Of a stretch of DNA of 64,000 bases, positions 46,445-55,221 are shown one piece after another. The notes below the pieces were generated by a model. The model did no database searches and was not told where the DNA came from. It saw only the letters and a list, made by a program, of their open reading frames with translations. Numbering within the stretch: the stretch's first letter is position 1; each line of letters begins with the position of its first letter. The DNA lies in the IMG/VR virus record IMGVR_UViG_3300042519_003322. One strand, given 5' to 3'. A program made the position numbers and the translations under genes. The DNA comes from an uncultured virus (IMG/VR IMGVR_UViG_3300042519_003322) (taxonomy: Duplodnaviria; Heunggongvirae; Uroviricota; Caudoviricetes).

Positions 46445-48556
46445 TTAAACTGTCTGGCCGAAACTCCATGCCGACCTTGTCTCGCGCTCTGCCAGTAATT
46501 CTTGTTGGTGCGCAAAAAAATCCGTGAACATTTCTACGAGACCATCGCGAAAGAAACTAAACCGTTTTTCTTCATCCGCATACACGAAAGATTTGAGCAT
46601 TAAAGAGTTAATTTCATTGAAATGAGACTCGTTAATTTTCTTAATTCTCAATGTATGTGCATCAACCATTGCTCGAACATCTTTTGCTGGCAAGGCTTTG
46701 ATTTTGAGACCGTTTGTGGATGCGTCATTAACTCTCGATTCAAAAGAATCATTAATAATTGATGACACAACAGGACGAATATCCTCATCGAACTGCTTGT
46801 TCCACGTATCTATTGACAATACGGATTCAATATCAAGCGTGCCGTGCATTAGGGCTTTCCTTGATTTTGTCCCGCTTGCCTTTTCAAGAACTACTCGTTG
46901 CTGGCGCTCAATAACTCTCTCCATGCCACGAGCTAGAATGTTCGTCCATCGCTCTATCGCCTGTTCATTGCGGTCAATTGCGTCTTTGGTCTCTTGTTTT
47001 TCTTCCGTGGACTTTACCTGTATCTCGTTATCCGGCGACGATGCCACGGACATAGGTCCTGGGGGCATTGGAGCCTGTACGCCGCCTCCAAAGGCCTCTG
47101 GTGGGGTTGTTGTTTGCGCAAGCTGGCCACTGGCTGCGGACTCCGCAAGTGCCCCAGCCATCGTATTGACGTCCAGCGGTACAGGTTCGCCGCCCGGCGG
47201 AACTGGTCCTGGGGGCATTCCTGGCACACCTGGAGGCATTCCCGGCATTCCCGGCGGCATTCCTGGCATTCCCGGAGGCATTCCTGGCATACCTGGGACT
47301 TCAGTCTGGCCTTCTTCCATTTTCTTCTTGGTGTTAGCAATCGGAATGAGATTGGGGTTCTGGAGCAAGGAGTCTGCGAGGTCTGCCTCAACTTCTTTAC
47401 GAGAAGAACCGATTCTATACTCGTTTGCACTAATTAAGCCAGTCTGGAACTCCTGCAACAGGTACCTGTCTCTTTCCTGCTTGTAGAGCATAAGAATTGG
47501 GACTTCTGACGTGTCAAAATCTAGATAATACTTGTCATCGAGTTCATCAAGAGCTCTGGCGATTGGCTCAAGATGGGGGAGCATTGTTTCCATCCAAAAA
47601 ACACGGATTTCTTCTCCGGCATTACTGAATGTTCTTCCAGAAGCGTTTCCTATGACGGATTCAGGAACACCAAATGCTGACAGAATTTCTTCTTTTGTTA
47701 TTTGACGCATCTGAACATATGCCGCATCGCGCGGATTGGCCGAAGTATCGACGAAATCAACACCGTCATCGGCAGCAATAACTGTTGTATGACCAGCCCT
47801 TGCCAGATTGCCGCGGAACCTATTTCTAAGCTCCTCCTTATCGTCTTCTTCCATCTCTCCACGAACAACCAAAATGCCGCCAGGACGACCATCATTAAGC
47901 AGGTAGTTGCGGTTGTAGATTTTGGCTAGGTTTTCTATCTCAATGGCAACCCCAGCCGCTTCCAGTGGCGTAAGGGACAGATAAGGGTCGAGAGGGTGCG
48001 GTCTCCTTATCCAGCAAACATCTTCTGGCTTTAAGAACTGCTTTTCTCCGTAGGGCATTTGTACTTCGTACCCTGATACGAACTTTTTGGGGTCCGGTAT
48101 TGGTGCCGTTGATTGAGGTGGAAGAAGGTTGAGGGCAATAATTCCCCCATCCCGTCCTCTAATTTTCTCTACGAATGCCCCTCGAGTACCGAGCATCAGC
48201 TGAGCCGACAATCTGTATCGGAAAATAAAAGAGTTTTCTCCTACATTCGCCTTATTATTCAAGAGCTCTAAGAGGGTAGACCTGTTGGCCTCGCGGCCGC
48301 GAACTATTTCCCCCTGATTAGAGTTGTCTTTCCTAAGAATAATTGGAAGGCGAGCCTGATTTCCAGCAATCGCATCAATACATCTATTGACCCAAGTAAT
48401 CTTGGACATTCCCTCGCGATAGGCGCGTTCAATGTCCCATCCATCCTTATACGCTTTCCCTGCTAGGGACGGGTTTATGGATACCGGAGCTCCATAGCCC
48501 AGGTCCTTGCGGGACGGGGGGATTATATTTTTATTTTGAGACGGGTTCCAACGCAT
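46445..48556 (-). CDS. portal protein (HK97-like) with Pro/Gly/Met-rich linker and C-terminal extension
   Basis: WVNRCIDAIA..A.LP, GAFVE, LTPLEAA, NDGRPGGIL, I..AFGVP...IG...RTFSNA. Lies directly upstream of the prohead protease. Confidence 0.9.
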   Translation of the reverse strand: MRWNPSQNKNIIPPSRKDLGYGAPVSINPSLAGKAYKDGWDIERAYREGMSKITWVNRCIDAIAGNQARLPIILRKDNSNQGEIVRGREANRSTLLELLNNKANVGENSFIFRYRLSAQLMLGTRGAFVEKIRGRDGGIIALNLLPPQSTAPIPDPKKFVSGYEVQMPYGEKQFLKPEDVCWIRRPHPLDPYLSLTPLEAAGVAIEIENLAKIYNRNYLLNDGRPGGILVVRGEMEEDDKEELRNRFRGNLARAGHTTVIAADDGVDFVDTSANPRDAAYVQMRQITKEEILSAFGVPESVIGNASGRTFSNAGEEIRVFWMETMLPHLEPIARALDELDDKYYLDFDTSEVPILMLYKQERDRYLLQEFQTGLISANEYRIGSSRKEVEADLADSLLQNPNLIPIANTKKKMEEGQTEVPGMPGMPPGMPGMPPGMPGMPPGVPGMPPGPVPPGGEPVPLDVNTMAGALAESAASGQLAQTTTPPEAFGGGVQAPMPPGPMSVASSPDNEIQVKSTEEKQETKDAIDRNEQAIERWTNILARGMERVIERQQRVVLEKASGTKSRKALMHGTLDIESVLSIDTWNKQFDEDIRPVVSSIINDSFESRVNDASTNGLKIKALPAKDVRAMVDAHTLRIKKINESHFNEINSLMLKSFVYADEEKRFSFFRDGLVEMFTDFFAHQQELLAERETRSAWSFGQTV

Positions 48557-48563
48557 GCGCTAC

Positions 48564-48830
48564 CTACCCGAGGCCCAATAACAAAGCGAAAAGTCCGCAA
48601 CAAACACCAGCAACCACCCAACCGGCAGGCATGAATATCATACCTGTACCAATACTACAGAACATTATAAAGCAAACCATTAACAAATTTGCGAAAGTTC
48701 CTCTGTTCGCCTTGGCTGCTAGTGAAGATTTTGTTTTTTTGAGGAATAAAACTGGAGATAATAATACCACCCTAAGTCTTCCGGGTGATTTTTTGCGTTG
48801 TTTTTTTATGTTCTCTGATGCTGGTGGCAT
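48564..48830 (-). CDS. small membrane protein
   Basis: Two C-terminal hydrophobic helices; a typical small gene just before the portal. Confidence 0.65.
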   Translation of the reverse strand: MPPASENIKKQRKKSPGRLRVVLLSPVLFLKKTKSSLAAKANRGTFANLLMVCFIMFCSIGTGMIFMPAGWVVAGVCCGLFALLLGLG

Positions 48831-48899
48831 GTAAGATACAGTAGCGCAGAAGTTGGCCCTCGGGCACCATGGGCGCTATTTGATTGGTTACGTTAACTT

Positions 48900-50213
48900 A
48901 TGGCATCAAAATCTAACTGGGAAGAAGTTCTAGAGTATCTGAGCCCCAAGCTGCCTCCTTTTTGCCCAGAAGAGCCATCTTTGAATCAAAAAGTTTTTTT
49001 GAGGACAAACTGCCTTGAAGGTCTCTTTGGTGGGGCGGCTGGTGGAGGCAAGTCCTCAGCCCTTTTGATGGCCGCCCTACAGTATGTGGATGTCCCTGGC
49101 TATTCAGCAATCCTCTTCCGTAGAACATTTGCCGACCTCTCTCTGCCAGGTGCCTTGATGGACCGCTTTAAATCGTGGATGAGTAACTATGACGATGTTC
49201 ACTGGAATAACAATAGTTTCGTGGCCACCTTCCCATCTGGGGCTCGCATTTCATTCGGCTACCTAAATAACGTTAACGACTATCTGAGATACAAAGGTTC
49301 TGAGTTTCAGTTCATAGGGATGGACGAAGTTACAGAAATCCGAGAATCCGACTATAGATACCTTTTCTCTCGTCTGCGTCGTCCCGCAAGTGGTCCTTTG
49401 GCGCAGATTCCGCTTCGGATGAGGGCGGCATCCAACCCTGCTCCGAATTGGGTTCGTCAGCGGTTCATCGTAGAGGGCAGAGAGACTGGACGGGTCTTTG
49501 TTCCATCCACGCTTAAAGACAACCCAGGAATTGATGCAGATTCATATAGGCAGGCCCTGTCTGCCCTAGACCCCGTTGAACGGCGACGTCTAGAAGAAGG
49601 CGACTGGTGGTCGACGACCCTCGGTAGCCTTTTTGACCGCGAATCTTTCATAATTATTGACCCCAGCGAAATCCCCGTCATAACCAATTCTGCCAGAGTC
49701 GTTAGATTCTGGGACCTTGCAGCATCCGAGCCCACCGCGTCATACCCTGACCCTGACTGGACAGTCGGAACCCTCATGATGTTCGACGGTGGCGTTTCGT
49801 ACATTCTTGACATCAAAAAAGCACGAGTAAGGGGCGAGAAAGTAGAACAACTAATTGCCCAGACGGCGGCAGAGGACGGATACGGAGTGGCCGTCAGGAT
49901 GGAGCAGGAGCCTGGTTCATCTGGCAAGGCGCTAGTTGACCAGTACGCCAGATATGTGGTTCCTGGGTACGATTTTGGAGCTATGAGGCCAACCGGAGAC
50001 AAGGTCACGAGAGCGCGTCCATTCGCTGCATCTGCTGCAAACGGGAATGTTCGCCTAGTTAGGGCTCCATGGCTCACAGATTTCCTTGATGAATTTTCAT
50101 CTTTCCCCGAGTCCGCTAATCACGACGACCAAGTAGACTCCGCTGTTGGGGCTTTTACTTTTCTTACCGGCTTGGGGTTGCCTAGACGCAGGAAAGCTTC
50201 TATACTCCTCTAA
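48900..50213 (+). CDS. terL: terminase large subunit
   Basis: Walker A GGAAGGGKS, Walker B FIGMDE, ASNP coupling motif, RFWDLAA and HDDQVD nuclease motifs. Confidence 0.93.
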   Translation: MASKSNWEEVLEYLSPKLPPFCPEEPSLNQKVFLRTNCLEGLFGGAAGGGKSSALLMAALQYVDVPGYSAILFRRTFADLSLPGALMDRFKSWMSNYDDVHWNNNSFVATFPSGARISFGYLNNVNDYLRYKGSEFQFIGMDEVTEIRESDYRYLFSRLRRPASGPLAQIPLRMRAASNPAPNWVRQRFIVEGRETGRVFVPSTLKDNPGIDADSYRQALSALDPVERRRLEEGDWWSTTLGSLFDRESFIIIDPSEIPVITNSARVVRFWDLAASEPTASYPDPDWTVGTLMMFDGGVSYILDIKKARVRGEKVEQLIAQTAAEDGYGVAVRMEQEPGSSGKALVDQYARYVVPGYDFGAMRPTGDKVTRARPFAASAANGNVRLVRAPWLTDFLDEFSSFPESANHDDQVDSAVGAFTFLTGLGLPRRRKASILL

Positions 50214-50250
50214 ACTAGCAAGCAATTAGACACATACTAAAGGGACCAAT

Positions 50251-50745
50251 ATGAGCTTAGAAAAAATCCAGGAACTCCGTTCGGCTATTTTAGAGCTTGA
50301 CGGACATGTTTCGTCATTCCTTGCAGGGGACCCAACAGCAGAAGAAGCTGGAGAAGTTCTTGCAGAGTTAAACTTCCTCAAACGAGACATGTCTGTTGTC
50401 TACGAACAATTTGCAAATCTTTTTGCTGACATTATGGGCGCTTCTGACACGCTCCTCCTTCCAGATGGCACAACCATTGAAAAGAAATCTTCCTATGACC
50501 GAAAGGGCTGGAAGCACCTAGACCTGGGTTCTGCCGTTGCGGACCGTATCGTAAAAATGTCGGTTGATATGGATACTGGCGAAGTTACAAAATCTCCAAA
50601 ACAAATAGCAGAAGAAATGCTTACATACTGCGCCCCTTCGTATTGGCGAATTAAAGAACTGAACAAAATTGGGATTAACGCCGATAGCTTTAGCGAAGTC
50701 GGCGAGCTCAAAACCAGCATTATTGTCCGTAAACCGAAAAACTGA
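50251..50745 (+). CDS. hypothetical protein
   Basis: 164-aa ORF with an AAGGG RBS, heading the recombination cluster. Confidence 0.7.
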   Translation: MSLEKIQELRSAILELDGHVSSFLAGDPTAEEAGEVLAELNFLKRDMSVVYEQFANLFADIMGASDTLLLPDGTTIEKKSSYDRKGWKHLDLGSAVADRIVKMSVDMDTGEVTKSPKQIAEEMLTYCAPSYWRIKELNKIGINADSFSEVGELKTSIIVRKPKN

Positions 50746-50756
50746 ATAGAGGAAAA

Positions 50757-51455
50757 ATGACACAGAACAGCAACGATATCGCCCGTCTCTTGGCGGAGCC
50801 GTTTCCAGAAGAAATGGAACGAACACTCATAAAAAGTGGTGTTGAGTTAATTTATCTGCCAATTAGTGAAGTTATAAATCGCCTAAATAAGGTGCTGGGA
50901 ATGAGCAACTGGTCATTCGAAATCATTTCTGTTGCTCGTGATTTAATCGATACCGACGAAATAATTGCGCACGTTTCCCTTACGGCAACGATTGATGGAT
51001 GCACGATAACTAAGCACGGCTTCGGTGGACAGTCAGTAAAGCGTCAGAGAAAAGACAATAAGCCTGTTGACCTTGGCAACGATTTCAAGGGAGCAGTCTC
51101 GGATGCCCTTAAAAAAGCAGCACAGCTACTTGGTGTCGGACTTTATCTAGCACGCTCTTCCGATGCCATGGATGCCGAAGACGCAATTGGCGCATCCATG
51201 CCTCACGTTGAGCCGAGCCCCAATATTGAACCATCTTCTGAATTGGACGAAGAATGGAACAACTTTGTAGGCGTCACAAAGACTCTTGACAAAGAGCAAA
51301 AAGAGTCCCTAAATGACTTTTGGGCGAAATACTCTTCTGGAAAGCCAAAGCCGACCCGCACTACAGTGACAGAAGAAGAAATTAAGGCTCTCATAGTAGA
51401 AGCAATGCGTTTATCTTTCGGAGCGACAATTATTGAGTCACCAAATGACAAGTGA
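50757..51455 (+). CDS. Rad52/Rad22-family single-strand annealing protein (Sak-like)
   Basis: L.EPF...L.Y....VINRLNKVLG..NWSF...KGAVSDALKKAA..LGVGLYL. Confidence 0.85.
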   Translation: MTQNSNDIARLLAEPFPEEMERTLIKSGVELIYLPISEVINRLNKVLGMSNWSFEIISVARDLIDTDEIIAHVSLTATIDGCTITKHGFGGQSVKRQRKDNKPVDLGNDFKGAVSDALKKAAQLLGVGLYLARSSDAMDAEDAIGASMPHVEPSPNIEPSSELDEEWNNFVGVTKTLDKEQKESLNDFWAKYSSGKPKPTRTTVTEEEIKALIVEAMRLSFGATIIESPNDK

Positions 51456-52224
51456 ACAGTCGGTTGTCATGAAAGCCCCAAACATGCTTTCACCGTCTTC
51501 AATTGGAACATTCCGTCAGTGTCCATTAAAGTTTAAGTTCACTAAAATTGATGGCTTGCAAGATTCTCCCACTGAATCCACAATGCTTGGAAATTTCGTG
51601 CATGAGATTCTCGAAACAATGTACGCCCTTCCTCCTGAGCAAAGAACTCAAGACACTGCGAGATTGATTGCTCGCGACCTGTGGGAGTCAAAATGGGAAG
51701 AAATGGTAAAAACCATTATTCGTTCAGAAAAAGAAATCAAACTTTTTAGGTGGACCGCTTGGTGGTGTGTTGAAAATGTTTGGGCCCTAGAGCAACCTAT
51801 GGAGGTTCAGCCATGGGCGATTGAAGAGCATGTAGAGGGGGAAATCTCTGGAGTGAAGCTCCACGGATACATAGACCGCCTTCATGTGGATGGAGATACG
51901 GCCAAGGTTTGTGATTACAAAACCGGGAAAACTCCCAAAAAACAGTATGTTGATGATAAGTATTTCCAATTAATAATTTACACTCAACTTCTAGGAAGTG
52001 CCGGAATAGAGGCAAAAAACTTTGAGATTGAATTGCTTTATCTAAAAGACGGCGTCAGATTTGAAAAACGAGTAACCGAAGAAGACATTGCAAATGTTGC
52101 TTCTGTCATTGCTGAGGTTAAAGCCGGCATCGACCTGAGAATTGCTCAGGGTCATTTTGAGCCAAACAAGTCAATTCTTTGCAATTGGTGCGGCTTCAAG
52201 TCAATTTGCCCAGCCTGGAAATAA
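51445..52224 (+). CDS. RecB/Cas4-like PD-(D/E)XK exonuclease
   Basis: LSPSSI..F.QCP, G..VHE.LE, GYIDRL, DYKTGK, QL.IY, C.WC.F...CP. Confidence 0.88.
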   Translation: MTSEQSVVMKAPNMLSPSSIGTFRQCPLKFKFTKIDGLQDSPTESTMLGNFVHEILETMYALPPEQRTQDTARLIARDLWESKWEEMVKTIIRSEKEIKLFRWTAWWCVENVWALEQPMEVQPWAIEEHVEGEISGVKLHGYIDRLHVDGDTAKVCDYKTGKTPKKQYVDDKYFQLIIYTQLLGSAGIEAKNFEIELLYLKDGVRFEKRVTEEDIANVASVIAEVKAGIDLRIAQGHFEPNKSILCNWCGFKSICPAWK

Positions 52225-52264
52225 GTTGCAGGCCCTAATGGAGACATCACAGATTAATAAAACA

Positions 52265-52780
52265 ATGAATACAAAATGGAACGACGACGCCTTTGCAAGA
52301 ATGGTTGCCGAAGAAGTAAAAAACAAAACTTCACTTCAAGAACGCGAAGAACTTCAAAATCCAGAACATTGGGATAGATGGAAGCGTGCTCTTATAGCTC
52401 TTTCGGACAACCTACAAAGACAAATTGACTCAATAGAGGCAGATAGTGAATCAGACCAGCAGCGTTATTCTTCTCTTGGTGCCAAAGGTGGGAAACTAAC
52501 GACGGAAGCACTTCGTTACTATGGTGAAAAAGCAACCCGAATCAAGAGATTCAAATATCACGTAGACCGCCGTCTTGACGACGTCTGCCTAATGATTGAC
52601 ACAGGGGAAACCAGTAATAACGACGGGTGGAAGGAAGTTGACTTTTACCGCAGGGCAATCATTGCGCACAAAAACTTATTAGAAGAGTTTGACCTTGAAG
52701 ATACGGCCATCGACCGTTCGCTATGGGATTGCCTTGATGGTAAATGGACTTTCGGGGACATTAATAATGACAATTTATGA
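52265..52780 (+). CDS. hypothetical protein
   Basis: Open frame 52142-52780; ATG at 52238 or 52265 is the likely start. Confidence 0.65.
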   Translation: MNTKWNDDAFARMVAEEVKNKTSLQEREELQNPEHWDRWKRALIALSDNLQRQIDSIEADSESDQQRYSSLGAKGGKLTTEALRYYGEKATRIKRFKYHVDRRLDDVCLMIDTGETSNNDGWKEVDFYRRAIIAHKNLLEEFDLEDTAIDRSLWDCLDGKWTFGDINNDNL

Positions 52781-52797
52781 TGTAATATTCATACTTA

Positions 52798-53151
52798 ATG
52801 AAGCCCAATAAGCCAATTAAACGAACGCCGCTCAAACGCAGTACAAAGAAAATAGCCAAACGTAGCCAAAAAACTGAAGAAATATACGTTGAGCGCCGCA
52901 AGATTGTTGCTCGAATGCTGTCTGATTTCCCACTTTGTTTTGCCTGCCCAGTTTTTGCCAAGAATGATGGATTGCATGTTTTTATTCATCGCAATAGTGT
53001 CGATGTGCATGAGCTCGTTCGTCGCTCGCAGGGTGGCTCAATACTTGAAGAAGAAAATCTCGTTACCGTGTGCAGAAAGTGTCACTCAAGAATCGGCAAC
53101 GAACCGGCCCTTGCTTTTTCGCTTGGGTTGGCCAAACACTCATGGGAGTGA
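52798..53151 (+). CDS. small HNH-type nuclease
   Basis: C..C...DVHE...RSQGG....ENL..VCR.CH. Confidence 0.8.
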   Translation: MKPNKPIKRTPLKRSTKKIAKRSQKTEEIYVERRKIVARMLSDFPLCFACPVFAKNDGLHVFIHRNSVDVHELVRRSQGGSILEEENLVTVCRKCHSRIGNEPALAFSLGLAKHSWE

Positions 53152-53207
53152 GTGTATTATTTAGTTATCTTCAGAAATCGCTACCTGAGGACCCAAATAG
53201 GTGCACG

Positions 53208-53252
53208 GGCGGGTAGTTGTTCAATGGTGAGCCACTGCCCGCCTTTGTATTT
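53208..53252 (+). terminator. long GC-rich hairpin followed by a T-rich tail
   Basis: GGCGGGTAGT...ACTGCCCGCC stem followed by TTTGTATTT. Confidence 0.65.
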
Positions 53253-53268
53253 GCTATAGTCCCTAATT

Positions 53269-53796
53269 GTGCGTTTGCTTGGGCTTGACCTTTCTCTTAC
53301 ATCTACCGGTTACTGTGTAGAAGGAGAAACTGGAATAATCGCCCTGAAGCTAAAAGGGGCTGAAAGACTGTCTAAGGTTTCTGACGAGATTATTAAAATA
53401 ATTACCACCCACTCGATAGAAGCAGTCATAATTGAGGGCTATTCTTTTGCCTCGCGCAACAGCCAGGCACACAGTATTGGTGAAATGGGGGGCGTTGTGA
53501 GAATGAAGTTGTGGGAGATGGGAACCCCCTATGTAGAGGTCCCACCTACCTGTAGGGCGAAGTTTGCCACCGGTAAGGGCAATGCCGGGAAGACTGAGGT
53601 TATTTCGGCTATTTCTGCCAAGACCGGACTCACTTTTTTGGGTGCTGGAGCAGATGACGAATGCGATGCATGGATACTCCGGCAGATGGGCCTTGCTTAT
53701 ATCGGAGAATCAAAGGAATCTTGGACTAAAGAGCAATTAGAGGCTTTAATAAAAGTAGACTGGTCCCCTATCGAGGGAATGAGAGAGGTTTCTTAG
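53269..53796 (+). CDS. RuvC-like Holliday junction resolvase
   Basis: LGLDLSLTSTG, IIEGY, E.GGVV, KFATGKGNA.K, DDECDA. Confidence 0.85.
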   Translation: MRLLGLDLSLTSTGYCVEGETGIIALKLKGAERLSKVSDEIIKIITTHSIEAVIIEGYSFASRNSQAHSIGEMGGVVRMKLWEMGTPYVEVPPTCRAKFATGKGNAGKTEVISAISAKTGLTFLGAGADDECDAWILRQMGLAYIGESKESWTKEQLEALIKVDWSPIEGMREVS

Positions 53797-53797
53797 T

Positions 53798-54133
53798 ATG
53801 AGAACAACGCCAATTAGCCAAATTGATATTGAGCAGGAGTTGCTCCGGTTGATGGATATGCTTGAAGAAGAGACAGAGCAATTTGAATCTCTATCTATGG
53901 ATATGGCAAAAAAAGAAGCTCTCTATAAAGCCAATTGGGCTCGCGAATATCTGTCTGCCAAGGGGTCTATAAAAGAGAGAGAAGCGTGGGCGGATTACAA
54001 GCTTGACCAGGAGTACTTTGAATACAAGTGTGCCGAAGCTCTTGTTAAATCTAAAAGAGAAAAGCTTCTTTCCGTTCGCTCATCCATGGATGCAATACGA
54101 ACACTAAACGCCAACGTTAGAAATCAGGTATAG
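53798..54133 (+). CDS. hypothetical coiled-coil protein
   Basis: 111-aa helical ORF in the operon. Confidence 0.65.
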   Translation: MRTTPISQIDIEQELLRLMDMLEEETEQFESLSMDMAKKEALYKANWAREYLSAKGSIKEREAWADYKLDQEYFEYKCAEALVKSKREKLLSVRSSMDAIRTLNANVRNQV

Positions 54134-54137
54134 AACT

Positions 54138-55019
54138 ATGACTCATGGAATTCACGAATCACTCATTCAAATGGCCGTAGACATCGAGACGCTGCTGCCA
54201 TTAGAATCAAACCCCAGACGCGGTGACGTAGGAGCAATTATGGCTTCGTATCGCGAATTTGGACAAATCAAACCAATAGTTGTTCGACCCAACGATGATG
54301 GAACGGCGACAGTTATCGCTGGAAATCACCAGCTAGAGGCAGCAAAAAGGTTGGGCTGGGACAAAATAGCAGCCGTCAGCTTTGCGGTTGATGGCGAGCG
54401 AGCTATTGCCTTTGCACTTGCAGACAACAGAACGATGGAGCTTGGATATACCGAGCCAGAGTTATTGAATGAAGTAATACTTGAACTGGCAGATATCTAC
54501 CCGGAGCTCATCAACGGACTCGGATGGGATGAATTTTACACTGCCGAAATAGAACAAAAACTCATTCGTGAGGACAATAGAGTAATAGAGCCTGGGGCTG
54601 GATTTATTCCACCGACTATCACTGGGTCTTCAGACAACGGATTTACTGTTGTTGCAAAATTTGACAGTTATGACGACTATGACAATTATGGAGAGAACAA
54701 AACAAGCACAAACGCATCACCTACTGCGCCAGAACTAGACCGTAATATGGTGAACGTTACCCATACGGAAGATGGCAAGCAACACATTGAAATACGTTCA
54801 GGCTTCGACCAAAATGATGCCGTCAAACGTGGCTCGACGACCGTCTCTCCGGGTTCGGCCCCACGAGCCGTCGTTCAGTGCACAATTGTATTTGACGACA
54901 CGACACAGCAGGCTAGATGGTATGAATTTTTGAAGTGGATAAAATCCGACCCCGCAGTAGTCGGAGCAACTACCGCTGAGAAGCTGATAGATTTTATTAA
55001 TCAACACATAGAGGTTTAA
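54138..55019 (+). CDS. ParB/Srx-like N-terminal domain protein
   Basis: NPRRGDV..I..S..EFGQ.KPIVV...VIAGNH..EAAK.LGW...ALADNR. Confidence 0.85.
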   Translation: MTHGIHESLIQMAVDIETLLPLESNPRRGDVGAIMASYREFGQIKPIVVRPNDDGTATVIAGNHQLEAAKRLGWDKIAAVSFAVDGERAIAFALADNRTMELGYTEPELLNEVILELADIYPELINGLGWDEFYTAEIEQKLIREDNRVIEPGAGFIPPTITGSSDNGFTVVAKFDSYDDYDNYGENKTSTNASPTAPELDRNMVNVTHTEDGKQHIEIRSGFDQNDAVKRGSTTVSPGSAPRAVVQCTIVFDDTTQQARWYEFLKWIKSDPAVVGATTAEKLIDFINQHIEV

Positions 55020-55020
55020 T

Positions 55021-55221
55021 ATGGACCAACAAGAACAGGTATACAGACATCTACTACAAGTGGCTAGGGTCTCCAAGAATGACTGTCCGAAGATATTGGA
55101 CATCATGGACAAGCACATAGCGGACTCCGCATATTGGAAGGCTGTTGCCGAGAGAGCTCTAAATGAGAATAACGAACTCAGGACAGAAATACTCCGCCTC
55201 AACAAAATGCACAAAAACTAA
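55021..55221 (+). CDS. small hypothetical protein
   Basis: 66-aa ORF with a GAGG RBS, coupled to the next gene. Confidence 0.55.
   Translation: MDQQEQVYRHLLQVARVSKNDCPKILDIMDKHIADSAYWKAVAERALNENNELRTEILRLNKMHKN

Noticed and set aside
49457..50077. 206-aa minus-strand ORF inside terL
   Set aside because: It is an antisense shadow of a well-supported gene.
15651..50213. Inteins or introns in nrdJ, terminase, helicase or the giant ORFs
   Set aside because: nrdJ and terL are of ordinary length, and I saw no intein C-terminal HN-C/S/T junction paired with an N-terminal block or LAGLIDADG motifs.
51445..52224. Cas4-like gene as evidence of a CRISPR-Cas locus
   Set aside because: I saw no array or other cas genes; its context beside a Rad52-like annealase indicates a recombination exonuclease.
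52223..52260. AAGTTGCAG as another copy of the structural promoter motif
   Set aside because: It has mismatches in the box and no TAnnnT at the 20-21 nt spacing.
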